A DNA stretch of 64,000 nucleotides from Podarcis tiliguerta. Its lineage: Eukaryota. The stretch is taken from NCBI GenBank assembly GCA_965153285.1, contig OZ229117.1. The stretch is one strand, 5' to 3'. This document shows, piece by piece, positions 23,260 to 35,435 of the stretch. The position numbers and the translations under genes were made by a program. The first letter of the stretch is position 1, and each line of letters opens with the position of its first letter. Below the pieces are notes generated by a model. The model was not told the DNA's origin and did no database searches. It worked only from the letters and a program-made list of their open reading frames with translations.

Positions 23260-23740
23260 CAAACACTTCTATGTTGATTTGCCAGCTGAGGAATCCCTGA
23301 GCACCTGCCAGTGTATTGTGCAGGATTCTGATGTGCTATGTGCTCTCTTCGTGCGGGGATCTGGGCAGTTCTGTTGTGCCTTGCTATTGGCCCGCTGATC
23401 AGTGTGTAATACAGAACATAAGTAATGTTCTCCATCTGCTGCAAATTGCCAAGAAAGATTGGCAGAGGTAGCAAGGAGTCTTTGAGGAATACTGTTATAA
23501 CATCACTGAGGAACTTTGATAAACTTTCAAGGACCCCCAAGTTCCCTGGAATACAGTTTGCCAATGCAATTCCTGGGCTTCGTATTTGACCACAGGAGGG
23601 GTACTTTGCACTTTATTAATTTGGAAAGTTGCTTTTGGGGAAACTTTCTGTACAATGGTTTGCACATAATGGTCCACAGCTGCACAAATGATAAACCATA
23701 GGGGGCTACAAGCTGCAGTTCAATACAGGCAGCTGTTAAT
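23260..23740 (+). mobile_element. Decayed reverse transcriptase fossil, probably DIRS-type
   Basis: Ordered motifs across frameshifts: FYVDL (VDL at 23273), HLPV, QFCC/LAIG (23366), GTLINFQ..SSLEYS..MQFLGFVFDHRRGTL (about 23510-23610), SSIQAAV (about 23720). Confidence 0.5.
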
Positions 23741-23846
23741 GTTTATTAAAAGTGAATATATTGTAGCCATGATTTTAACGTAGTAGGAGAGTCAGAGTTG
23801 TGTAGAAACGGCAATATCAGGCACAGAATTCAGCCTCGGTATTTTC

Positions 23847-23890
23847 CCTTCCTTCCTTCCTTCCTTCCTTCCTTCCTTCCTTCCTTCCTT
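23847..23890. repeat. (TTCC)n microsatellite
   Basis: Direct reading. Confidence 0.95.
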
Positions 23891-25820
23891 AAAACAAGTT
23901 TCTGGCCCTTATAATCATGCAGCTCTGTTTGAAAGGCTGTGGACCATACCTGGTGAAATTTCAGAACATCAAGGAGAGGAGATGTACTTTGTCATAGAGC
24001 GCACAAAGAATTCACATACTCAATCCCTGGCAACTCCAGTAAAGGATCATAGGGAGCAGAAGTTGTGTCCATCAGACCTGGAGAGCTGCCAGACACTAGG
24101 CCACATGGACCAATAGTTTGAATTGGCATAAGAGAACTTCATATGCTCATTTCCATTGGTTTACACAGCATTTCAATATTCAGAAGCCTTTTATGTATTT
24201 ATCTAGCTGACCCTTGCAACAACTCTTTGAATTCATTCTGCCCCAGAAGCGTTGATTTGCCTAAGGCTTTTCTCTTCCCCGCTTCCAAAGTTGTAAACAA
24301 AGAATTTCAGTGTGTCAGCTAAGCACTCTTCCTGGTTATCTTGTGTCACTGTTTCTCTTTGGAAACATGAACCCTGGTCACCAGAAATGATGATCTGCCT
24401 GTGATGTGCACAGTAACATTTCACAGGATGAAAGACAGGTGGGTCAAGAAGTTATTGATTCTCTGTCATCCCATTTCAAGCTGTGATTTCATCCATGTGA
24501 AACTGTATCCCTGGGCTGGTCTTAGTTTAAAAAGACTATTTCATTCTATGCAGGTCCAAACTCATAACTGTTCAGTCCTACTCCTTACCACTAGAGTAGC
24601 CTTCCCTAACCCAGACTGTTTTGCACTCCATCATCCCTGACCATTGGTAGTGCTGGTTGAAGCTGAAATACAAAACATCTGAAAGGCATCAAGTTGAGAA
24701 AGATTTCTATACAGCTGGTGTGGGAATCTTTGGCCCTCCATATGTTGCTGAACTACAACTCCCATAAAATCCCATGTTTGCAGGGGCTGATGTGATTTGT
24801 AGTTCAACAACAACGGGCAGACCAAAAGTCACCCACCCCTGCCAAAGAGAGTAAAAATAACCTTCGTTTCTCAGCTGCAAGTTGGTAGACATTTTGCTCT
24901 ATACCTGAGAAGTAATCATTTATCTTCACTATATTTCCCTACTGTAGAAGGTTAGTACCCATCTAGAGAATTGCCTAAGATGAGGTGTGTTACTTCTGAC
25001 AGTTGCTTGATGCTTCTTAGAGGTAAGAAAATAGTAAAACCACCTCAGCAGTATCTGCAATACTGCTTTGTTTTCTTTAAAAAGCGTCAAACAAATATAG
25101 GATAATTCATCTCCTAAATTTGTCTCTGGAAGCTGGCTGTCATATAATTGATCAGTAGTGCATAGTTTCAGAGAAAATCTAATTTTTAACAAGTGCCAAA
25201 TACTAGTGATTAATGTTCAAAAACTGCTGTCTGCTTGTAACTGTAAAAATTACAGAGTGGGATTCTGTATTTACGTTCACAATGATTTTTTCAGATCAAA
25301 TTCGCTTGAGTTGCAAGTCAACATGATTGGCAGTCTTGCCCCACCCCCCTAAGGCTACCTTCTTTGGAAAACACAACCAGAGATCTGGAAAACTCAAGCA
25401 GTTTCATTCCTGCCTCTTGTGTCATTGTAAGCAGTAATAAAGTGTTGTACTGTTGGAATTGAGCAGACAGTAATGGATGAGGCAGAAGAGGCCTCCTTTG
25501 TGATGTCTTGTTGGCTTGACAGGATGGGTGGGGTAGGGGTGAAAGAGACCAAGAGCGAAAAGAACAGATATGGTCCCCTTCAGTTTTCTGAGGCCTAGTC
25601 ATAAGGATTGCATTAGTGTTTGAGAATCAATTATTGGACACTGGGAATGAGGATTATTCTGTGTCATCTGTTCAGAATCTTCTTTTGATTGATGGCCACA
25701 ATACATCATATTCTTGTCTATTTATGAGTCATTCATTCCTGCGGCTTCTTTGGGTGGGGGAAACCTGTTTTGGGTAGCCTAGCAAAACAGCTGACTCCAG
25801 AGAGCAGCGAGACAAGGCAG

Positions 25821-26409
25821 TGTCAGGGACTGGTTGGACACAGAGGAATGGTGGAAGGAACCAGCTGGGGAACCCCTAAGTGAAGAAGGCTCAGGGTCTG
25901 GGGATTGGTGGTGGGATGACGATGAATGGTCTGAGAGAGAAGACTAGGAGGAGGTGGTATCAGAAGTTAAAGAGGGAACAGGGCTTAGTGAGAAGGGAGA
26001 GTCTGTGGCAAAGAGAAGTCCAGAAGCAGGAGAGTGGGATGAGGGATGCTAAGAAGCAGAGATAAGTCAGGCTGGAGAAGAAGCATGGGTCTCACTCCTG
26101 CTGCAACAAGCTCCCCTCCCACTGATCTCCCAGGACCTGGAGAGGCATGAAGCAGAAGAGTAAAGACAGGTATGCAGATGCAGACTCAGATTGCTTGGGA
26201 AAAACCCTGGAGAGTAGGGGACATAGGAAGGCAGGGCAGGGCAGGGCAGGGACTGTCAGTCTCCACAACTGCCTTACAGGGGCAGTACCTACAAAATAAG
26301 AATTGCTTTGCTCATTAGGCCTGGCACCCCTGTGCAGATCTTGGTGTTTTTTAAATAAAGAGTTAACTTCACTTATTCCATGTGATTTATTGCTGGTTCA
26401 TTCCTAACA
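25821..26409 (+). mobile_element. Solo LTR (589 bp, probably Gypsy-type)
   Basis: TGTCAGG...CCTAACA termini; perfect 5-bp TSD GGCAG (25816-25820, 26410-26414); AATAAA at 26354. Confidence 0.85.
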
Positions 26410-27029
26410 GGCAGATGCATGGAGCCAAAGTGATATAAGAAAGCTTCAAAGACACCATGTGGTCTTAGTGTTACCTTGCAATCTTCTCTTGGGGTGTCTA
26501 ATAGCCATTTTTTATTTGCAGTTTGTGTGGCAACAAGTTTGATCCCAGTGCTAGACCTATTTAAAATAGACCCATTGAAATAAATGTACATGACTCAAGT
26601 CCATCAATAGCAGACGGTCTAGTCCTTGACTGCATAGCTGATGATATCCATGATTATGAGCATGAGCCCAGAATGATGGTCTGGATTAATGCAGCCGATA
26701 TGAACTTGTCTTGAGTATCCTGGAAGATCGGGCAGAGGGGATAAAACTGTTCCTGGGCAGCCCTGGCATGGAGAGTGAGGAATATGCTTTTGAGCATACT
26801 GTGGCCATTTCAAAAGGTTAGGAAACTTTGACATGCAGCTTGGCTACTTTCATGAGCTATCTGGGCTGCTCAGGTGCTGCACAGCTCATATTTCCCAATC
26901 CTTTTCTGAGGGCTATAAGATAGCTTATTGAATAACCAGGGAATTGCAGAGGAGTCTAGAAGGCGGGAATGTTGCTCTGTGACTCTTAGAGTCACACCGG
27001 ATAGAGTAGGAATGCAAGAAACTGCATTA

Positions 27030-27190
27030 TACCAAGCTGGACCAATGAAGTTCATTTAGCTCAGGTTTGTCTGTACTGAGTGACCCCGCAACTCTCCAGA
27101 GTTTCATGCAGGAAGTTTCTCCCAGTGTTACTTGGAGATGCTGGGGATTGAACTTGGGACCTTCTGCATGTGAAACTCTCCCACCAAGTT
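27030..27190 (-). mobile_element. tRNA-derived SINE
   Basis: GGAGATGCTGGGGATTGAACTTGGGACCTTCTGCATG is the reverse complement of the family head. Confidence 0.7.
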
Positions 27191-30100
27191 GTGGCCGTTC
27201 CGCTGTTGGGGGTGTTAAAGAGCCAAGCCACTTACTGGATAGTGCAGGAGACTGGTGCCCAGAATCACTTCCATGTGTTCCATCATGCCAGCTGGGTGTG
27301 ACAGAACTGTTAACATTAAGCTTGGTGTGGTTAAGCTGCCCTTTCTGTACTTCTTCAAAAAGTAGTGACCTGCTTGCCTAGATTATCGTAACAGCAGGTT
27401 TATCATATGCCTAGTACCTTTGCATGCCTGCTTACCTCTGCATCACATGGAACGTAAGAACAAATGGCAGATAGCAAGCAGGTTAAAGGAGATTTACTGC
27501 CAATGGTGCAAAGCAGGAATGGGGAAATAAAGAACATGGAAGATGTAGGGACATGGGTCAAGTTTTCTACTTCTTGGAAAATAAGTGACTTAACTCTAAA
27601 AATGCCTATATAGCAGCCCTGTGTATCTTACAACACACAGTTCTGTTCAAAGTGAGCACTTAACATTCTAGGCTACCTTGGAGACCAATTAGAATTTTCT
27701 CTACTAAAATAGATTGGATGACATGTAGTTTTGCTATACAAGGGTAGTTGCCCTGTAGGAAAAAGTATGTCTCTTATGAAGTGTGGTGTGAAGGTTTGTT
27801 TTGCCATGAGTGCACAGGATGGAAAGTTGCTGTGCATGTGAAAGTTGCTTCCTGCATCCCCTTTAGCTGTAGTTCAGTTGTACTTTGCCATGCCAATTGC
27901 TCTCATTGAACTTCCTCTCATTCTAAATGCAAACTTTTTTTTGCTTTTGTGCAATTTGTTGTTGCTTCCTTATTTTATTACCCTGGTTTAGCTTTTTAAA
28001 AAAAACCCCAATTGTGTTTTTCTTGCAAATATGCAGCTTGGCTTATGATAAATAACAGTATTAAATCAAGCAATGCAGGGGAGGCGTTGCTGGTGTAAAC
28101 ATTTGTTTTGAAAGTCCTCCTAGCTTTTTGCTACTAGTGTGCTTAGTTTCTCCCTACCTCCTGCAACAGTGTGGCTTGCTTCTTTTTGCTTTTGAGTGCC
28201 TTCAGAGATTCAGATTCCAGTCTGAATGTCTTCAACCCAACTACTCCCTGAATATCTAGGACCTGGGGGCAATTTGTGGTTGGATACCTGTCCTTTAAGA
28301 CAGAGCTTTTATGTTTGGTTGAGGAGGTTTGCTGAGCTTCGGGGAGGTGGGAAGCCAGATTGACCTCCTCTTTTCACCCAGCAGACCAAGGCGTTAAACA
28401 CGCTGAAGGGGATAGAGAAGACCAGGGAGGCAGATGGGTCTGACCATGCTGATTTCCTCTGTTCTTCCAACATCTGGGCCCTGGCAGTTAAGACTGGCAG
28501 ATGAGGTCAGGTGTAGTAGCTTCTAAAATTGGCTACAATACACGTTTGGAGAACTAATAACAACTGAATACTAGGTAAGAGCATACATAGTTGTTAGAAG
28601 GTGTTCTAAGCTTGTAAATGAATTATAGAAGAACCTATAACCACTTGCAGTATGGGAATAATGATTCTGACCTACCTTACAGAATAATTGTAAAGATTTC
28701 TGAAGTAATACATTTGGGATGCCTGAACACTCAAAACACTTAATAAATTCAATGTCTATATTATCCACTCCTTGTAAAAAAAGTTTCCTCATAACTCACT
28801 TTTAGACCTGAAGAGGCCTTTCCTCTTACCAGGACATCTCTGTATCCAGGCTTTTAGAGCATTATTTTATACTTAAGACATTTATTTGTTCTCCTACCTA
28901 TGTAGCTCTTCATCTATCCTATTGTGATAGCCTTATTTCCTGGGATTTTTTTTTTACATAGGGATTCTACCTGTGCAGCTTCCACTACTCCTCTTGAGGC
29001 TGAAAAATCCATGATAAAGAACACTTCCTTACTGTAAATTGAGGGAGAAAAGTCACAGTTGTATGGCTCGGACTATATGGTTGTGGCACTTAACATGTGA
29101 ATTCTTGTAGAATTGTAATGGACTATGTTTTGACCTGAGGAGCTTAATGGAGATGGTTCTTATAGGGATACACAGCTGCATTGTGGCTCGCCTGTTGAGG
29201 GTTTCGTGAGTCTTTGCTAGGGCCAGAGGCCTACAGGCACTTTGGTTTTCTGCCTGCATAGCCAGTAGATGTGAATGCACTTAAATCATTTTCCTCTGAA
29301 GTAATGTTTTCCTCTATAAGCTGGATGTACTTCAAATATATGAAACTTGGAGAGCTGACAATTGACAAGGTAAGTCATATTTTCAACCTAAATGGCATTC
29401 TAGCTTGAGTAGAACTTTGAAGCGATGGTAAATATATTTTGAGTACCACATTTTCTCAGGGCTATTACACATCATTCATTTTAAGATTGCACAGAATGGT
29501 ACATATCAACTGTTTGTTGCTTAGTATTGGTTCTAAGAAATCGACTTGGAGTATATTGATGCCCTCTTGGCCTTCTCTCCTTCTTTGTTTTAATCCTTTT
29601 TCTCTACTGTACTCATTGTAAATCTCCTTTGTATTAGAGGTTTTCATTTAACCTTGAACATGGGAAGCTGTAATTTTGAAGCCAAGCTGCTATCTATTCC
29701 AAGAAAAAGTAGAAAGCTCAGCTATCTTTCAGGGAGTGATTTCACGGATTACACAGAGTCAAATCCAGGTTTTCCACTGATTGTATACCCAACAATGTGT
29801 TGCAGCTAAAACAGTTTACACTTTCTGGGTGTACAATTACTGCATTCCATGGTCTTCAGCTCCTCAGTTTGGTATTGAGAGAGAGGCATTCTATCCAGTG
29901 GGATTTGGGATTATATGTTTTGCATTCCACTGGGATGCAGTAGCCAAATGGTCGGAAAACATATCTTTAATCCTACAACTTGAGTTAGATGCCTTAAGTG
30001 GCTTCTCACCAACTATGTTAAAGAAGTCAAAGGTGGCTGCTGTATATGATATTTGAGCACCTCATGGTAGAAGGAGCAGCATTGATTGGACTCTAGTACT

Positions 30101-32541
30101 TGGCTTCTAGTAAGATTTGTAATACTAACCTGCTGATTGGAATTTAAAACAAATCTGGCATAATATTCAGTATTTTGAGTTTCTTTTCCTTTGCCTTGTA
30201 GAACAGGGTGCAGAGCTTGTTAACTTCCTCCCTTCTCCATCTTTAGGTGTTCAGCGACTACTTATTTCATACAACTGAAGCCGCACTAGTAGAGACTGCT
30301 GCTTACTGTCACCAACACTTCACATAATCTTTTAATTTGTCTATATAAGAGTTCAGTCTTTCAATCACATTGTGCAAGTGAACCACACAACAGTAACAGT
30401 TTCCTGGAGGGAATTGATCTATCCCTGAAAGTAATGTGTGTTTACTTCATCTTTAAATCAGAGGTGTAAGAGGGACATTGCCCAGATTGCATCCATGGTG
30501 CTTCTCTAAATTGTTGAAAAACTGTAGGCTGCTGCTATTATACCTTGGAAACTACAGACATGGAAATCCAAACTGAGTGCTCTTTAGATGTGGTTCTCCC
30601 ATAGAAGATGGACAGGGTGAGTTGACCCTTGTTTTCAACAAGTGAATAGTGTTAGCAGCAACTGGAGCTGGATGCCGATGTTAAACCATCAGGCTTTTAT
30701 GATGGCTGAGGGTTTTTTGGTCTGGTGCCCTTGTAAGAAGATCAAGTTGTTGAGGCCAGGTTGTATGCAAATCAGAGGCCTGGGCCTGGGGGCCAAAGCA
30801 ACCAGAAGGTACTTCTCTGTTAACCAAGCAGAGTCAGAAAGCTAGGCTCCTAGTATTTATTCCTGGCCTGGCCAGTCGGGATACATAAACTGTGAAACTC
30901 TCTTTCCACAGAACATATTCATTGTACAGGTTTTGCCATATGCTGAAGATGAACTCTTTAACCCAGCCTTTTACAGTTAATGTATTTTGTTTTGTGGGAG
31001 CCATGTCTTTTGCTAAATTTATAGTGTTCTGCTACATTTGGCACGTTTTCCCATGCTTCCTAACTGTAACACTTTTATCTATTTTTATAATTGTTATAGC
31101 AGCCTCATATCCAGAATTGCTGAGGAATGCTAAGGGGAAAAAAACCACAATGCATAGGTGAAAACATCCTCCTTGATCTCAGGAGCCATCATGCAAACTT
31201 TGGTTATACCTAGAGAGAGGTTCAAAACACATAGTGAACAAACAACTTCCCTGGGATCTTATGGTGAAAGGTGTTTAAGAAGCCTTAAGTAAAATAAATA
31301 AATAAATATTGCCAGCTAGTTTTGGAAACTGATCTTGTGCATGCCCTGTCCTGTTAGGTATGTGAGGAATCCTCTGAGGACAATGGGTATTCTGGCCTAG
31401 GTGGTTCCCTAGAGTTGGGCCCAGGCTGCTTCAGGGTGTGAGGTTCCTAGCTCAAGCTGACAATTCTCTGGTAGAAGTGTAAATTAGGACTATAACCTGC
31501 TTGAATGAACTTTGCCAAAGTGAACTACTGAAATGGTAGACCATAGGTACAATTTCTCCCTGCTCTACTGTGATCATGTCACCTTTCATTTCTAGAGTCG
31601 GAAAAGGTATTTAATATATTTGGAAGTCAGATACATTTTATAGAAATCTAATACATGCTGTCTTCTGCTGTTCTCTGCAAGCTGAGTGAAAAAAGGTTGT
31701 ATTGCAGATAAGTCTCTGGTTCTTTTCTTTCTACTCCCCCAGCCTGCGATAGATTTTTGCATTTCGTCTATCTCGGGTGCATTCGTGCCAACACAGTTTT
31801 ACCACTAACCTGTCTAACATTGCAAATTCTCTTTTTTTGGCGGGGGGTGTAGTTGGAGCATATGAGTAATGGAGTTTTAAAATGTATTTACTGTTCATCG
31901 ACAAGGTTGGTTGCCTAAAATGTATGCATATTTGCTTTATTGATGAAAGAGCACAAACAGAGGAAGTCCTTTTAACCCCCTTAGGCACATGAGATACTGC
32001 CACTGTGCCAGCATTGCCTGTTTAAGGATATTTCAGTCTTTCGGGGAATTCTGCTTCTCATTTTAATATTTGTTCTCAGCTATAAAACTGGGTGTGGAGG
32101 ATGCTTCCTTTTTTTAAGCTTTTAAAAATGATTTGTAATCAACTGCTTCTGCAGGGCAGTGTAGTAAGCCATTCAAATGTCAAGCAACTGAGGATATGGC
32201 TCTTTCCAGACTGTACATAAGCAGAGACCATGATTAAGTGGGATTCTGGGGGAGCCATTGGCCTGTTCCAAACAGAGAGGAACTGCACAACTGTTTAATT
32301 TGTTAAAAATAACACTTGGGAACTTAAAGCATTGCCCCAAATAAGTAGAGAAGGGAAGGTGGACTATCTTAAGTAGTAGCAGCCCGTTGAACCTAGCCCT
32401 TTCACCACTTCTCTCAGGGGTTTTATTAAATAACTGTTCTACGTTCCCTCGAGTTATGGAAAGGTCAGAGGTGAGGTAATAATATTTGAAAGAAAATAAA
32501 CACGTGTGTTTCATCTAGTAGATAAATCTTTAGATAACTTA

Positions 32542-32823
32542 GGCTCCATCTGCACAATGCATTTAAGGCATGACCGTACCACTTTATAAACAGTCATGCC
32601 TTTCCCCCAAAGAATCCTGGGGACTTGTTAAAGGAGACCCCTCACAGAGCTACAGCTCTCAGGGTTCTCTGGGAAGAGGGATTGATTGTTAAGACACTCT
32701 GGGAATTGTAGCTCTGTGTGGAAAATAGGGGTCTCCTAACAACTTTAAGCATCCTTAACAGACTGCAGTTCCCAGGATTCTTTGGGGGAAGCCATGATTT
32801 GAAGTCATAGTGCAGACGAGGTG
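32542..32823. mobile_element. Full-length palindromic PIF/Harbinger-like MITE
   Basis: Long internal inverted arms (TTCCCCCAAAGAATCCTGGG/CCCAGGATTCTTTGGGGGAA; CACAGAGCTACA/TGTAGCTCTGTG); TTA on both flanks. Confidence 0.8.
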
Positions 32824-34656
32824 TTATTCATGGGTGACCAATTTTAATTGTTGCTTACTGGATCTGACCAAAGGTCTGTCTAGTCCAACATACTGTTCCT
32901 AACAGTGGCCAGTCAGCCCACGAGCTTACAAAGGTACTACTGCTCTCCTGCTTGCCCCTAGTAGCTAATAATCAGAGGTAGCCTTGCCTCTTAGCATGGA
33001 TGTTACACATAGCTATCAGCCACCAGTAGGTGGTCTCTTTCCTCTCAAGCTCTGAGCTAAGGTTACCCCTTTTCATTTTTTCAAGGCTGTTTTGATTCTG
33101 GTGAATTGCTGGAATATGCAATGAAAAAGCAAATATTAAAGTTGGCCTTTCCTACTAACTGAGTGGTAGGTTTCATTTATTAAATTTGAAATGTTATCTG
33201 TCCTTTTCCTTCTGTGTCTCAAAAATGCATTTACACTGAGGTTTTGTTAATATAAACATTTAATTTCAACTTGATTGATTGATCAGTGACTTTTAAAGGT
33301 GGATGACTTGCCAGCCAAAAATTATTTAATCCATCAGTAGGGCTATGTGTCATAGACTTAAGTTTTTATTTTATTTTTTGGAGAATGAAGGAGGATTGCA
33401 AAACAATACAGGCCACATCTACATGGGGATTTCCTGTTTGACTGCTCTGGGAAGCAGCTGTCCTGTTGCATCAGACTTTTCAGCTCTTCTTACATCTTTC
33501 ATGGTTGAGGCTGATAGTTATCTCTTCAAATCAAATTGGTTCTTAGTATTATGCATGCTTAGGAAAGATTTACTTTTCAGACTTGATGTATAACATTAAG
33601 ATGCATTGGTGGTTGCTGCCAGTCCACAAAGCTTCTGTTGCTGTTGTAATCTGCAGCAGCCTTTCCCCAACCTGGTACCCAGGTGTTTTGCACTACATCT
33701 CCCATCAGCCCTAGCTAGCGTGGCCATCCTGGGTACCATCTGGAGGGCATCATATTGGTGAAGGTTGGTCTATGGTTTGGAAGCTCTGCAGGCAATTGCC
33801 TGTGTAAGGTCACTAAGCAAATATGCAAGATAAGCAAAAATTCCTAGTCCAGTGTTTGGGCCAAAACTAGCACTTAAGAGAGAATTTTCATTCCTAACCT
33901 GTTGTTTCTCTGTTGTATTAATAAGGGTATTGGTGGAGGCATTTGCAGGAAAGGATTGGAAGGTATGGGAGGGATTAGGACTCCTGGCATCACTCCTCTC
34001 TGCTGTCTCTCTCATGCAAGTTGCCATCCATAATCACCCACATTATTTTTGCAAACACGGGTTTGGGACCACACATTTACCAGGTAAACATCTAGTTTGG
34101 CCTATGCTTGCATGTGTTTTTGTGTATGTGCAATAGGCTTTGCCAGGACTTCATGTTAGAGCACATAAGCTAGGATTGGGAAACTTTCAGCCTGCAGGAC
34201 TAATTCAACCCACCAGGCCTTCCCATTCTGCCTGTGAGACCAATTCAGGCAAGCCATGCATACCTGTTTTACCAGTGACATCATATATGGTTAGTCTGGC
34301 TACTTGTTGGGTGCTTCCAACAACATCAAAATCTTTGATGTTAGTGGAAGCTAATGTACAGTTGAACTACATTCCAGTGTAATGGGACTTCACTTGAAGA
34401 ACAACAAAATTGAATGTTGTAGTTGCTGATGTTGTGGCAAAGTGACTGGTGCTGTAATATTGGAAAGAGTATCTCTCACTCCACACTGTACAGTGGTTGG
34501 AGGATCTGTTAACTTTGTCAGCATATGAGTGGGTAGCTTTTCACATGCGGCAGCAGGACAAGGAGTTCTCTGATATTCAGTCTGTGTACACTGATTTATT
34601 TGCATGAATTGGAGTTGAGCAATGTGCCTGAGCTTCACCACTTAGCATAGTTTGTT

Positions 34657-35435
34657 GAATCATAGAATTGTAGGGTTGGAAGGGACCCAAGAAGTCATCT
34701 AGTACAAGCCCCTGCAATGCAGGAATATCAACTAGATCATATACGATGGATGGCCACTCAACCTCTGCTTAAAACCTCTAAGGAAGGAGAGTGCACCGCC
34801 TTTCGTGGGAGTCTGTTTAGTCAGAATCTCCTTCTTGTAACTTGAATCCACTGGTTCAGGTCCTAGAAGAAGAAGAAGAAGAGTTTGGATTTGATATCCC
34901 GCCTTTCACTCCCTTTAAGGAGTCTCAAAGCGGCTAACATTCTCCTTTCCCTTCCTCCCCCACAACAAACACTCTGTGAGGTGAGTGGGGCTGAGAGACT
35001 TCAGAGAAGCGTGACTGGCCCAAGGTCACCCAGCAGCTGCATGTGGAGGAGCGGGGAAGCGAACCCGGTTCACCAGATTACGAGACTACCGCTCTCAACC
35101 ACTACACCACACTGGCTCTAGGCTTCAGAGCAGGAGAAAACAAGCTTGTTCCATTCTCCATGTGACAACTGTTCACATATTTTAAGATGGCTAACATACC
35201 TCCTCTCAGTCTCCTCTTTATCAGGCTAAATGTACCCAATTCCCTCAACCGTTCTTCATAAGACTTGGTTGCAGACCCTTTATCATCTTGGTTTCCCTCC
35301 TCTGCACACATTCCAGCTTGTCAATATCCTTCTTAAATTGTGGTGCCTAGTTGGAAGAGACCACAAGGGCCATCGAGTCCAACCCCCTGCCAAGCAGGAA
35401 CTGGCACAACACTCCAGGTGTGACCAAGACAGAAT
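34657..35435 (-). mobile_element. CR1 LINE 3' fragment hosting later insertions
   Basis: GAATCATAGAAT terminus; minus-strand peptide SYEERLRELGTFSLIKRRLRGGMLAILKY is CR1 ORF2. Confidence 0.88.
34866..35118 (-). mobile_element. Young full-length CORE SINE (Squam3-like, (CTT)n tail)
   Basis: Reverse complement starts GAGCCAGTGTGGTGTAGTGGTTGAGAGCGG, B box GGTTCGCTTCCC, CORE GGGTGACCTTGGGCCAGTCAC, tail (CTT)n; CpGs retained. Confidence 0.88.

Noticed and set aside
31712-31910. Strong acceptor at 31742 with a CpG patch, possible cryptic exon
   Set aside because: No convincing partner donor and an early in-frame stop; such tracts are common in long introns.
33020-33038. CTCF-like motif (also near 1501-1517)
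   Set aside because: Mismatches in the core and located in or next to repeats.
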